64,000 bases of DNA from Pseudomonadota bacterium (GTDB taxonomy: Bacteria > Pseudomonadota > Gammaproteobacteria > Burkholderiales > Burkholderiaceae_C), in the NCBI GenBank assembly GCA_021819435.1, contig JAKARB010000014.1, positions 19,085 through 83,084 of the forward strand. Direction: 5' to 3'. The notes beneath the pieces were generated by a model. The model ran no database searches. It saw only the letters and a list, made by a program, of their open reading frames with translations, and was not told the origin of the DNA. The translations under genes and the position numbers were made by a program. This document shows positions 18,717 through 29,255 of this stretch, in pieces (within the stretch, counting starts at the first letter, position 1; each line of letters starts with the position of its first letter).

Positions 18717-19532
18717 TCAGGCTGCGCGGCGACGACGGCGCTGCAGCGCGCCCATGGCCAGCAGGCCCGCACCCATCAGCGCCCAGGTCTCGGGTTCGGG
18801 CACCGGCGCAAAGTGGATGACGCCGACGGCATCGAGATCGAAGCCGCCGCTGCCGGTGGTGGGGTACGGGTCATAGATCGGGTGCGGGCCGCCGTACTGC
18901 GCGGGGTAGTTGTCGAACTCCTGGCCACGGCCGACCACGTCGACGATGCGCACGTAGCGCACGTTGTCCACGTCCAGGCCCGCCTTGCCGGCCAGCGAAT
19001 CCAGGTCGAAGGGCGTGCCGAAACCCTGGCGGTACTTGCCGGCCAGGCCATCGATGTTGGTCGGGTCGATGCTGCCGAAGCCGCCCACCGGCGCGGGGGT
19101 GAACGAGTAGCTGGGGAAGCGGAAGAAGTCGACGCCGTTGGATGAGACCTCGACGAAGCCCAGCTCCAGGAAAGTGTCGTTGAAGCTGTTTTCAAAGACC
19201 GCGAAGTCAGCACCCGCGCCGTTGTAGATGGCGCCATCGAAGGTCAGGGTGATGCGGCCAGCGTCGCCCAACACGACGATGTCGGTGGAGGTGCCTTGGG
19301 CCTTGCCCAGGGCCTTCTCGGGCGTTTTCCATTGCGCGTCGACGTTGGGACCCGGCTGGTAGTCCTGCCAGCCGGTGGCCCATTGCACGATGGCCGGGCT
19401 GTCCTTGCTGATGGCCGTGGAGCCGGGCTTGCCGGCGGCCGGGGCGAAAGGACCGGCCGCGTGGGCGGTGCCCAGGCAGGCCAGGGCCAGGGTGGCCGCG
19501 CAGGCCGGGACTGAGAGAAGCTTGAATCGCAT
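18717..19532 (-). CDS. PEP-CTERM cell-surface protein with BtuH-like domain
   Basis: [47 protein letters not shown] plus [26 protein letters not shown]. Confidence 0.8.
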   Translation of the reverse strand: MRFKLLSVPACAATLALACLGTAHAAGPFAPAAGKPGSTAISKDSPAIVQWATGWQDYQPGPNVDAQWKTPEKALGKAQGTSTDIVVLGDAGRITLTFDGAIYNGAGADFAVFENSFNDTFLELGFVEVSSNGVDFFRFPSYSFTPAPVGGFGSIDPTNIDGLAGKYRQGFGTPFDLDSLAGKAGLDVDNVRYVRIVDVVGRGQEFDNYPAQYGGPHPIYDPYPTTGSGGFDLDAVGVIHFAPVPEPETWALMGAGLLAMGALQRRRRRAA

Positions 19533-19634
19533 GTTGTTCCTCCGGGCACCCACCATCCGTGGGCGCATTCGAGCCAACCGGCTGAACACAGCAGAGGAAC
19601 AAGACAGCACGCGCACACCCGGTCGGGCCGCATG

Positions 19635-19667
19635 AAAAGGCCGAAGGCGTGTCGTCACCGCCTCGCC
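19635..19667 (-). terminator. Candidate intrinsic terminator in the riboswitch expression platform
   Basis: On the minus strand, AGGCG/CGCCT stem followed by CGGCCUUUU between the aptamer and the start codon. Confidence 0.45.
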
Positions 19668-19694
19668 GCCCACCGCAGCAACCGGGTCCATGCT

Positions 19695-19910
19695 CCAGGC
19701 CGGTCTCCGGGCTCGCGAACGCCTTGTGGGCCAGCGATCCGCCTTCCCATGCTTCGCAGCACAGTGGCACCGTGGATCGCCTTGCTTCGCTTCACCGTTG
19801 CGGGGGCAGCGTCGGGATCAGCGAGCCTTGTTTGTCAAGCAAAAAGGCCCGCACACCGAACTTCCCGTTTCACCCTTGCAGACCGCTCGCGCGGCCCCAA
19901 GGACACCTGA
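19695..19910 (-). ncRNA. Cobalamin (B12) riboswitch
   Basis: Minus strand reads AGGTG...GGGTGAAACGGGAAGTTCGGTG...GCTGCCCCCGCAACGGTGAA...GCCACTG...TGGGAAGG...GAGCCCGGAGACCGGCC (B12 box); TACAAT -10 at 19921-19926. Confidence 0.95.
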
Positions 19911-20044
19911 GGCGGGGCGGATTGTAAAGCTGGCCCTGGGGTTTGCCCAGCCCCGCGTTCCGGGCCCCTGAACGGGCTCGGAACGTAGACTGGTGCTGGC
20001 GCGCTTGCGCCGCCCCCCCAATCAACACCCGCGCAGCGGCCCTC

Positions 20045-21601
<1,557 letters not shown>

Positions 21602-21614
21602 GGCCCGGGCGAGT

Positions 21615-21830
21615 TCAGCGACCGCGCGAACGCGAAGAACCCCGGCCCACCATGAACCACACTGCGCCGTGCGCGGCCAAGCCGATGCCCCAGGCCCAGG
21701 CCACCACGCCAGCCCAGTTGAACTGCGACGACGTGGCCTGGTTGATGTAGAAAAGCCCGCCAACGACCGCCGCGTAAACAACGGCGTGGATGACGAGGCT
21801 GGTCTGGAGGAGCTTGTTCGGAGCGGCCAT
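21615..21830 (-). CDS. Small 2TM domain protein
   Basis: IHAVVY...INQ....NW...WAWGIGLAAHG pattern. Confidence 0.75.
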   Translation of the reverse strand: MAAPNKLLQTSLVIHAVVYAAVVGGLFYINQATSSQFNWAGVVAWAWGIGLAAHGAVWFMVGRGSSRSRGR

Positions 21831-21947
21831 GGGTGACTTCGCAAATCTTCGAAAATGGTCGAGCCGCTATCATCCCCGGCGACGCCCGCGCAGACTTGCC
21901 CCTAAGCGCCAGCCGACTTGACCCGCCGTGCCGCATCGGCATCCCCC

Positions 21948-23096
21948 ATGTCTCGAACCGCACCGCCAGGCGCCAAGCCACGCCCCCAGCCGCCCACGCC
22001 GCAAGCCCCCGAACCACCCGACTCCGACGCCTCCGCGTTGATGGCCTGGGTGTTGGCGGGCAAGCGCGCGGCCGAGCGCCGGGGCATCGACGCCGAGGCC
22101 CTGCTGCGCGAGGCGGGACTCGATTTGCATGCCCGGCCCGACCCGATGTCGCGCGAGTCCGCCGCCCGGGGCCTGGCCTTCTGGCAGCTCGCCATGCGCG
22201 CCGCCGACGACGAACTGCTGGGCGTGGATGTGGCCCTCGAATCGGTGCCCATGACCCTCAACGCCCTCGGCTACGCCTTCATGGCCTCCGAAAACCTGGG
22301 GCAGATGTACACCCGCGTGGCGCGCTATGCCCACGTCGTCACCGACGCCTGCGAGATCACCTTCGCACTCGAATCGCATGGCGGCGGCAGGCTGTCCATC
22401 AGCGGCGACCAGCGCCTGCTCGCCGGAGTCGACGCGCGCACCGCCTGGAGCCTGTTCGACTACGCCATGGTCAGCGTCGTGCGCGGCTCACGCCTGCTCT
22501 ACGGCCGCGACTTCGCGCCGCTGGAGTTGCGCCTGCAACGCCCGCGCCCCCAATCACCCGAGCGCTATGAAAAACTGCTCGGCTGCCAGCCGCTCTACAA
22601 CTGCGCGGACAACGCCGTGCTGCTCGACGCGGCCACATTGACCCGCCCGCTGGCCTTCGCGAACCAGGAAGTCGCCCGAGCCAGCGAAGAAGCCGTCGAG
22701 CGCCACCGTGCCCGCCACCAGCAGGATCGCGACGCCGCTGGCGCCCTGTCGGAGCGCCTGGCCGAGGTGCTGCGCGACCTGCTGCCCAGCGGCGAGCCCA
22801 AGCAAAAGGACGTGTGCGCCCGCCTCGGCCTGAGCGCACGCAGCGTCCAGCGCCGCCTCGCACAAGAGCAGACCACCTTCCGCGATGTGCTCAACACGGC
22901 GCGACGCGACCTGGCCTTGGCGCACCTGCGCGACGGCCAGCACTCGGTCAGCGAGGTGGCCTTCCTGCTCGGCTTTGCCGAAGTCAGCGCCTTCACCCGC
23001 GCCTTCAAACGCTGGACGGGCCTCTCACCACGGGCCTGGCGCAACCAGGAGGCGGAACAGGAAGCCGAAGAGGCCCTGCGGCAAACCCTGTCGTGA
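21948..23096 (+). CDS. AraC family regulator (Arabinose_bd_2/OruR type)
   Basis: LGYAFMAS..LG..; C-terminal SARSVQRRL, EVAFLLGFAEVSAFTRAFKRWTG. Confidence 0.92.
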   Translation: MSRTAPPGAKPRPQPPTPQAPEPPDSDASALMAWVLAGKRAAERRGIDAEALLREAGLDLHARPDPMSRESAARGLAFWQLAMRAADDELLGVDVALESVPMTLNALGYAFMASENLGQMYTRVARYAHVVTDACEITFALESHGGGRLSISGDQRLLAGVDARTAWSLFDYAMVSVVRGSRLLYGRDFAPLELRLQRPRPQSPERYEKLLGCQPLYNCADNAVLLDAATLTRPLAFANQEVARASEEAVERHRARHQQDRDAAGALSERLAEVLRDLLPSGEPKQKDVCARLGLSARSVQRRLAQEQTTFRDVLNTARRDLALAHLRDGQHSVSEVAFLLGFAEVSAFTRAFKRWTGLSPRAWRNQEAEQEAEEALRQTLS

Positions 23097-23158
23097 TTCA
23101 CCGCATCGTGTCGCGATGTGCCATTCTCATGTCGCGATCGATCGCTTTCAATCCGACC

Positions 23159-24241
23159 ATGCGACAACCCCTGCCCGCCTCAGCCAACGAGCTCATCCCC
23201 TTTCCGTGCGCCAGCGCCTGGGTGCGTGCCGCTGCGCTGTGCCACATCAACCTGCCGCCGCTGCTCGAACAAGCCGGCCTGGGCATCGACCACCAGGGGG
23301 TCCACCACATCCGCCGCGCCGGCATGCTGGAGATGATGATGCGCTGCGTGGGCCAGGCCGCGCCAACGCACCATTTCCCTCTGGTGCTGGGCGAATGCCA
23401 CGGCTTCGACACCTTGCCCGCCATCGAGACCTTCCTGGCCACCAGCCCCACGGTGCGCGGGGCCATGCCCGTGCTGGACTGGACGAGCCAGATGCTTCCC
23501 GGCCTGCACCTCAGCCTGCAGGAAGGCAAGCAGGAATCGGCCGTCGTCATCGAGGTGGAACAGCTCGAAGGTGACCCGCCCAAAGCGGCAGGCTACTTCG
23601 TCGAGGTGTCCCTCGCCAGCCTCAACAAGTTCAGCCGCATGCTGCTGGGCGGCCGCACCCTGGCCACGCGAGTCGACCTCGAACACGACCCCGGCCCCCT
23701 GCGCTCGGTGTGCGAGATGCAGTTCGGCGTGCCCGTTCGCCCTCGCCAGGCCCGCAACGCCGCCATCTTCCCCTCTGCCATGCTTGATGCCCGCCTGCCC
23801 GGCGGCCTGCCCGATTTGCACCGGCAACTGCAAGGCGTGATCGAACAGAGCTTGCCTGCGCCCCGCTTCACCACGCTGGCAGAACGCATTGAGACGCTGT
23901 TCAGGCAACAGCCGCGCTGGATGGGCCAAGGCATCCAGAACGTGGCCGAGCACCTGGGCCTGCACCCTCGCACCCTGCAGCGCCGCCTCAAGGACGAAGG
24001 CCAGGTCTACGGCGACATCCAGACGCGCAGCCGCTACGAGCACGCGGTCACGCAGCTCAAGGTCGGCCAGGTCGACATCGACACGCTGAGCGAAACCCTG
24101 GGCTTCACCGACCGCAACAGTTTCACGCGCGCTTTCAAGCAATGGACAGGCATGGCCCCGCGCGATTTCCGGCGGCTGCACCGCTGCATGGCATCGCCTC
24201 AAGGCACCGCGCAAGAAACCGCCGAAGCGCAGGCTGTTTGA
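23159..24241 (+). CDS. AraC family regulator (Arabinose_bd_2 type)
   Basis: HPRTLQRRL, LGFTDRNSFTRAFKQWTG. Confidence 0.9.
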   Translation: MRQPLPASANELIPFPCASAWVRAAALCHINLPPLLEQAGLGIDHQGVHHIRRAGMLEMMMRCVGQAAPTHHFPLVLGECHGFDTLPAIETFLATSPTVRGAMPVLDWTSQMLPGLHLSLQEGKQESAVVIEVEQLEGDPPKAAGYFVEVSLASLNKFSRMLLGGRTLATRVDLEHDPGPLRSVCEMQFGVPVRPRQARNAAIFPSAMLDARLPGGLPDLHRQLQGVIEQSLPAPRFTTLAERIETLFRQQPRWMGQGIQNVAEHLGLHPRTLQRRLKDEGQVYGDIQTRSRYEHAVTQLKVGQVDIDTLSETLGFTDRNSFTRAFKQWTGMAPRDFRRLHRCMASPQGTAQETAEAQAV

Positions 24242-24265
24242 GCTTGCGCCCAGGCGGCCTGTTCT

Positions 24266-25876
24266 TCAAACAGACCCCAGCAGCGCCAGGCTCTGCAGAG
24301 CCAGCCGCGCGGCGCTGCCCAGTGGGCCGTCGGCCATGACGACCCTGTCGGGCCGCACGATCGCCACCCACCCCGAGGGCACCTTGGCTGAACAAAACGA
24401 GTTGTCCAGGTCTTCCCAGGTGGGCACGCTCGCCTCGATGGCGGGCCGTCCTCTCGGCGAGATGCGCATGAACTGCCCGCCGACCTGGTGCCACTTGCTG
24501 CGCACCTCCGGTGGCAGGCTGGCGGCCGGGTCCACGCCAAAGCCCACCAGCACCAGTCCCTGACCCAATGCCTGATCGCTGAGCATGTGCGCACGGTCTT
24601 GGATCGAGCGCACCCAGCCTTGTGGCAACTGCCCCCCACGGACCAGGCGCGAGCCCCGCCCGCCGGGCGCGAAGCAGCCTGTCTTGAACCGGTTGGCGGG
24701 CTTGATCTCCAGGTTTTCGAACAGGTTCTTCACGCGGGGGATGGAAGACAGCGTCTTCATCAAGCCATGCGTGAGCCAGGCCTGCACCGTGTTGCCCGGC
24801 ATGACCAGGCGCCCCATCCATTGCGCCAGCCGGATCATCTCGCGCACATGCGGCTGACGCTCCCGGCTGTATGTCTCCAGCAGCGCTTCCGACGCCCGCC
24901 CTTGCACCACCCAGGCCAGCTTCCACCCCAGATTGGCCACATCGCGCAGCCCCGCTACCAGGCCCTGCCCAACGAAGGGGGGTGTGATGTGAGCCGCATC
25001 GCCGACCAGGAACGCGCGCTTGACCTGGAAGGTGTCGGCCACGCGAGCATGGAACCGGTAAACAGCAACGCGTTCGATTTCGATGTCCTGTCCTTGCGCC
25101 CATGGCGCCAGCAAACGCCGCACGGTTTCTGGGCTTTCCATCTGCTCACGCGTCTCGCCGGGCTGCAACTTGAACTCCCACCGCTGCCGATCGCCCGGCG
25201 CCACCATGTGCGGCGTAGGACGCCGTGGATCGCAGATGAACTCGACGTGGTCGATGGCCTGAGGCAGTCGCTTGGCATCGACCACCAGCCAGTCTTCAGC
25301 ATAGGTCTTGCCTTTGAAATCCAGGCCCAGCAGGCTGCGCACCAATGAGCTGGCCCCATCGGCTCCGACGATGTACTGGGCGCGCACTTCGCGCTCGTCG
25401 CCGTTCGCATCGCGAACGCGGGCGCGAACACCCGACTCGTCCTGCTCGAAGCCCAGCAGGCTCGTTCCCAAGGACACCTTGACGGTCTCGTGCGAGGCCA
25501 ACCTCGCGCGCAGCACTTCTTCGAGTTGAGGCTGGTAGAAGGTCACCAGCTTGGGATGCCCGTCGATGGCGCCCGAGGTGTTGGCCCGGCTGTAAAAGCC
25601 GAAATGAGGGGAGTGCATGCGCACCTCCGGGATGGCGACGGTGTCGATGTCGCCCTCGTGGATGCCGCACATCTGCAACACACGCAAGGCGTCGTTGTCG
25701 AGGGCGATGGCGCGAGGTGCCCGATAGATTTCGGTCGCCTTGTCGATCGCCAGGACCCACACGCCATGCTGGCCCAGCAAGTTGGCAAGTGCGGCACCCA
25801 CAGGCCCCAAGCCCACCAGCAGCACATCGGCCTGTGGATTCGCTCGCGAATGGGTCTGGTCAGCCTTGTCGTTCAT
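24266..25876 (-). CDS. FAD-dependent phenol monooxygenase, MhpA-like
   Basis: VGLGPVG, GADGASS, GDAAHITPPFVGQGL..GLRD, RPDR. Confidence 0.9.
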   Translation of the reverse strand: MNDKADQTHSRANPQADVLLVGLGPVGAALANLLGQHGVWVLAIDKATEIYRAPRAIALDNDALRVLQMCGIHEGDIDTVAIPEVRMHSPHFGFYSRANTSGAIDGHPKLVTFYQPQLEEVLRARLASHETVKVSLGTSLLGFEQDESGVRARVRDANGDEREVRAQYIVGADGASSLVRSLLGLDFKGKTYAEDWLVVDAKRLPQAIDHVEFICDPRRPTPHMVAPGDRQRWEFKLQPGETREQMESPETVRRLLAPWAQGQDIEIERVAVYRFHARVADTFQVKRAFLVGDAAHITPPFVGQGLVAGLRDVANLGWKLAWVVQGRASEALLETYSRERQPHVREMIRLAQWMGRLVMPGNTVQAWLTHGLMKTLSSIPRVKNLFENLEIKPANRFKTGCFAPGGRGSRLVRGGQLPQGWVRSIQDRAHMLSDQALGQGLVLVGFGVDPAASLPPEVRSKWHQVGGQFMRISPRGRPAIEASVPTWEDLDNSFCSAKVPSGWVAIVRPDRVVMADGPLGSAARLALQSLALLGSV

Positions 25877-25894
25877 GTTCTTCCTCGAGTCGAG

Positions 25895-26935
25895 TCAAAT
25901 CTCGGCAGTCAGCACGGCCCGAGTGGGCTGACCACTGGCAACGTGCGCAAAAGCACTTTCCGCATGCGCGAACGAAGCGCGATGCGCCACTTCGAGCACC
26001 AGGGGTTGCGACAGCAAGCAGGCCTGAAGGGCGTCCATCGCTGCTTCATCCGGCTTGAAGACCGTCCAGGCATACCGAGCACGCGGGGCCACCTCGCTCA
26101 GGCGGGCGCGCATCGCACGCCAGGCGCGCCAGCAGGCCAGGCCGCCCACCAACCAGCCCCGAGCATCGGTCTCGCCCAGCAAAGGGTGAACGGTGGTGGC
26201 GTGTCCCAGGGCCGTGGGCCGAAGCCGACCGATCACATCGGCTTCATCGGCCCACGCGCCAAAGTTCAGGGTGGCATCGCAGTTCGACGGCAGGCTAGAC
26301 AGGCGGGTGGCGTGCCGGTCGATCACCTGCTTCGCGCCCAGCGACACGCAGCGCGCGCTCGATGCAGCACCGCACACGGCGGTCACCGAGGCGCCCCACC
26401 GGGTCAGCAGCTGGATGGCCAACTGCCCCAAGGCACCGCCCCCGCCGTTGACCAGCACGTGGCATCCTGCGGCCTGCCCTTCGTGCAGGCCCACCGCCTT
26501 CATCGATCGCCAAAGTGTGGTGAAGGTGTAGGGCAGGACAGCGACCGACGCCATGGGAAACCCGGCGGGCAGGGGCCTCACCCACCTCGAAGCGACGCAC
26601 ACCTCGCTGCGATGCGCACCTTGCGGGCCCGTCGGCACAAGCCCCCAGACGCGATCGCCCACCGCCACATGCGGCACATCCCCGCCCACCTCGGTGACCA
26701 CGCCCGCGAAGTCGTTGCCCAGGACCAACTCCTCGCCGCCGGCCCCCAACAGCGACAACACCCGGCGCCCATACCCGGCGGCGCGCTTCACATCGATCGG
26801 GTTGACCGAAGTGAACATCACCAGGACACGCACCTCATCGCGCCCCAGCGCACGCCGCTCAACGGGCTGACAACGCAAAGAACGAGAAGCCGGATCAGCG
26901 GAGACCCGGCACACCAGCGCCATGGTCGAACTCAT
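25895..26935 (-). CDS. Zinc-independent MDR / NADPH:quinone oxidoreductase-like protein
   Basis: TSVNPIDVK, LGNDFAGVV, VLVNGGGGALG. Confidence 0.85.
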   Translation of the reverse strand: MSSTMALVCRVSADPASRSLRCQPVERRALGRDEVRVLVMFTSVNPIDVKRAAGYGRRVLSLLGAGGEELVLGNDFAGVVTEVGGDVPHVAVGDRVWGLVPTGPQGAHRSEVCVASRWVRPLPAGFPMASVAVLPYTFTTLWRSMKAVGLHEGQAAGCHVLVNGGGGALGQLAIQLLTRWGASVTAVCGAASSARCVSLGAKQVIDRHATRLSSLPSNCDATLNFGAWADEADVIGRLRPTALGHATTVHPLLGETDARGWLVGGLACWRAWRAMRARLSEVAPRARYAWTVFKPDEAAMDALQACLLSQPLVLEVAHRASFAHAESAFAHVASGQPTRAVLTAEI

Positions 26936-27900
26936 GCCGAGACCACCTTGTTGCGCTGCACGCCCAGATCGAGGCGGCCATCATCGGTGCGAATGCTCAA
27001 CTCCATCACGTCGTTGGGCTGCAAGTACAGCGGGTCGTTCAGGCCCTTGCGAACAAAGAACTTCCATTTCGTGACGTCCGAAATGAAGTGTCGCGCGATG
27101 AACATGGGCAGCTTGCCAGGCGCCCGGGCGGCGCAGCCCGCTGGCGTGCCCGTTGCGATCAGGTCGCCAGCCATCAAGTCCTGCAAAGCCGACAACTCCG
27201 TCAGGGTCTGATGCGGTTTGAACAGCATCGAACCACACAGGTCGTTCTGCCGCTGCGCGCCATTGACGGTCAGCCGCATGCGCAGGCTGGGCCACAGCGC
27301 CCACTCCTCGGGTTCGAGCAACAGCAAGATCGGCCCGACCGGGCCGAAGGTGCGATGGCTCTTGCCCTTGTAGAACTGCCCCTGGGGCAGCTGCACGTCT
27401 CGCGCGGAAACATCGTTGACGATGGTCAGTCCAGCCACCACCTCGTGCAGGCGGTCGGCGCGCACCTCGCGCGGCCGGGTCAGGTCTTCAGACAGCACCA
27501 GGCCCAGCTCGATTTCGAAGTCGAGCAGTTGCACATGGCGTGGCCGGATCACGTCGTCCGTCGGGCCGGTGATGCAAGAGGACGCCTTGGTGAAGATGGT
27601 GTTGAAGGGGAAGTTCTTCGGGTCCAGCCCCGACTCCCGCACATGGCTCTCGTAGTTCACACCCTGGCAGATGAACTGCTGGTTGGTGGTCACGGGCGAC
27701 AACACCTTCACATCGTCCAGGCCCAAGGTGGCCTGATCGGGGGTGGCCGCACGCGCCAGGCCAAGCGCATGACGCACGAAATCGCCTGTGGTCATTGCCT
27801 CGGTGGGCAACACGGCGATGCGACGGTCAAACAAGACGCCCCACTGCGGGCTCGAGGCAGGGCCGGCCTTGGGCCGAAAGCGAACGACGGAGGTGGCCAT
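26932..27900 (-). CDS. Fumarylacetoacetate hydrolase family protein
   Basis: GVNY..H, FTKASS, LDFEIEL, NDVSARD, KGK...FGPVGP, TGTPAG. Confidence 0.93.
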   Translation of the reverse strand: MATSVVRFRPKAGPASSPQWGVLFDRRIAVLPTEAMTTGDFVRHALGLARAATPDQATLGLDDVKVLSPVTTNQQFICQGVNYESHVRESGLDPKNFPFNTIFTKASSCITGPTDDVIRPRHVQLLDFEIELGLVLSEDLTRPREVRADRLHEVVAGLTIVNDVSARDVQLPQGQFYKGKSHRTFGPVGPILLLLEPEEWALWPSLRMRLTVNGAQRQNDLCGSMLFKPHQTLTELSALQDLMAGDLIATGTPAGCAARAPGKLPMFIARHFISDVTKWKFFVRKGLNDPLYLQPNDVMELSIRTDDGRLDLGVQRNKVVSA

Positions 27901-27954
27901 GTGGATGTGGTTGAGATGGGTTGGTTGATGGAGAGGTTGTGGCGCGATGCGTCG

Positions 27955-29094
27955 TCAAAGCCAGGGACGAGCGGGGGTGTCGATGACCTTGCCGGTCATG
28001 AGCAGGCGCCGCAGGTCGAGCCGCCCGGAGCGCCAGAGCTTGAATACTTTCCACAGGAGCGCTGGCCTCTTCTTGGGAAACATGGTGGATGGCACGTCAT
28101 CGCCCCAGGCCCAGATGCTGGCGGGGCCAAAAGGCACGTAGCGCGTTTCGTGGTCTGAGGTGAAGACATCACCATCGGTGTAGTGCTCGAACTCGAGACC
28201 GTCCGGGTCGAACCAGTAATCGAACAACTGGCTGCCCAGCAGGTGCCGGCCGATGCCCCACATGTGCCGGTGGCCAGCGGCCTTGAGCACCTGCTGGCCT
28301 TGCCCCAGCGCATCGAGGTCTTCCACCTCCCAGGCGCTGTGCTCGTACTTGGCTTCCAGCCCCCCGGCGATGACAACGGTGTGGTGGTCCGCCGGCGTGG
28401 GCCCCAGGTCCAGACGGAAGAAGGCCAGCATGGGCGATCCGTCAGGCAGGTACTGCACATCTGTCGGGATGAGGCCCAGCACACGCATGTACCAATCGGC
28501 CATGGGCTGGAAGTCGACGGTCTGCAGCACCACGTGCCCCAAGCGCCCCACCCGCGCCGGCTCGATGGGCGAGCGCACCGTGGCGTTGACACGCGAGTTG
28601 TGGGCGAGGCTGTTCGCCAAGTGCGTGAGCGGCGCGCGCACCGGCAAGGCATCCACCGACCCGCCCCCCTGGACGAGCCACAAGGCGTTGCCGTCCGGGT
28701 CTCGCAGGCTGAACGCGCGACCTCCTCCCGGCACCTCATCGGCCGGCACGGCCTCCCCATTCATTCGACGAGCCAGAGCGCTCAGATCGACTTCTTCGGG
28801 CACCCTGAAGGCGGCCCCCGCATAGCACGAGCGCTTCGCGAGCGTGGCGACCAAGACGGCGGGTGAAGAACCCGCCGCGCGCATGACCAGCCGGTCGGCC
28901 GTGCGCGACACGGTGATCAAGCCGAAGTCCAGCCAAAAGCGCTCGGCGCGCACCAGATCGCGCTTCTCGAACATCAGGAACGCCAGCTCTCGCGCCTTCA
29001 GCAGGGGCTCGGGCCGGTGAACCCGTTGGACATGGTCGGGGCGCTGGCTCTCCGGATATTCGGGTGCCGTGCGAAGAACGTTGGGCGTGGTCAT
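27955..29094 (-). CDS. VOC family extradiol dioxygenase-like protein
   Basis: RLGHVVL, DHHTV, YEHSAWEV, WGIGRHLLGSQLFDYWFDP.G..FEHYTDGD. Confidence 0.85.
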   Translation of the reverse strand: MTTPNVLRTAPEYPESQRPDHVQRVHRPEPLLKARELAFLMFEKRDLVRAERFWLDFGLITVSRTADRLVMRAAGSSPAVLVATLAKRSCYAGAAFRVPEEVDLSALARRMNGEAVPADEVPGGGRAFSLRDPDGNALWLVQGGGSVDALPVRAPLTHLANSLAHNSRVNATVRSPIEPARVGRLGHVVLQTVDFQPMADWYMRVLGLIPTDVQYLPDGSPMLAFFRLDLGPTPADHHTVVIAGGLEAKYEHSAWEVEDLDALGQGQQVLKAAGHRHMWGIGRHLLGSQLFDYWFDPDGLEFEHYTDGDVFTSDHETRYVPFGPASIWAWGDDVPSTMFPKKRPALLWKVFKLWRSGRLDLRRLLMTGKVIDTPARPWL

Positions 29095-29151
29095 GGCATT
29101 TGCGGATTGAACGCATCGCGGGGCTTGCGCACCCCGCGCCTCTCACCAATA

Positions 29152-29183
29152 ATGACACAAATGTCATCGTGACATCAATGTCA
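29152..29183. promoter_or_regulatory. Twin palindromic operators TGACA-N4-TGTCA
   Basis: Copies at 29153-29166 and 29170-29183 between the divergent VOC and TetR genes. Confidence 0.75.
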
Positions 29184-29255
29184 ACATGTGAGCAAGGCAG
29201 ACCAGACCACCTCCTCGTGCGACATTTCCGCCTTTCCCACACGCCTTGCCCCCCG

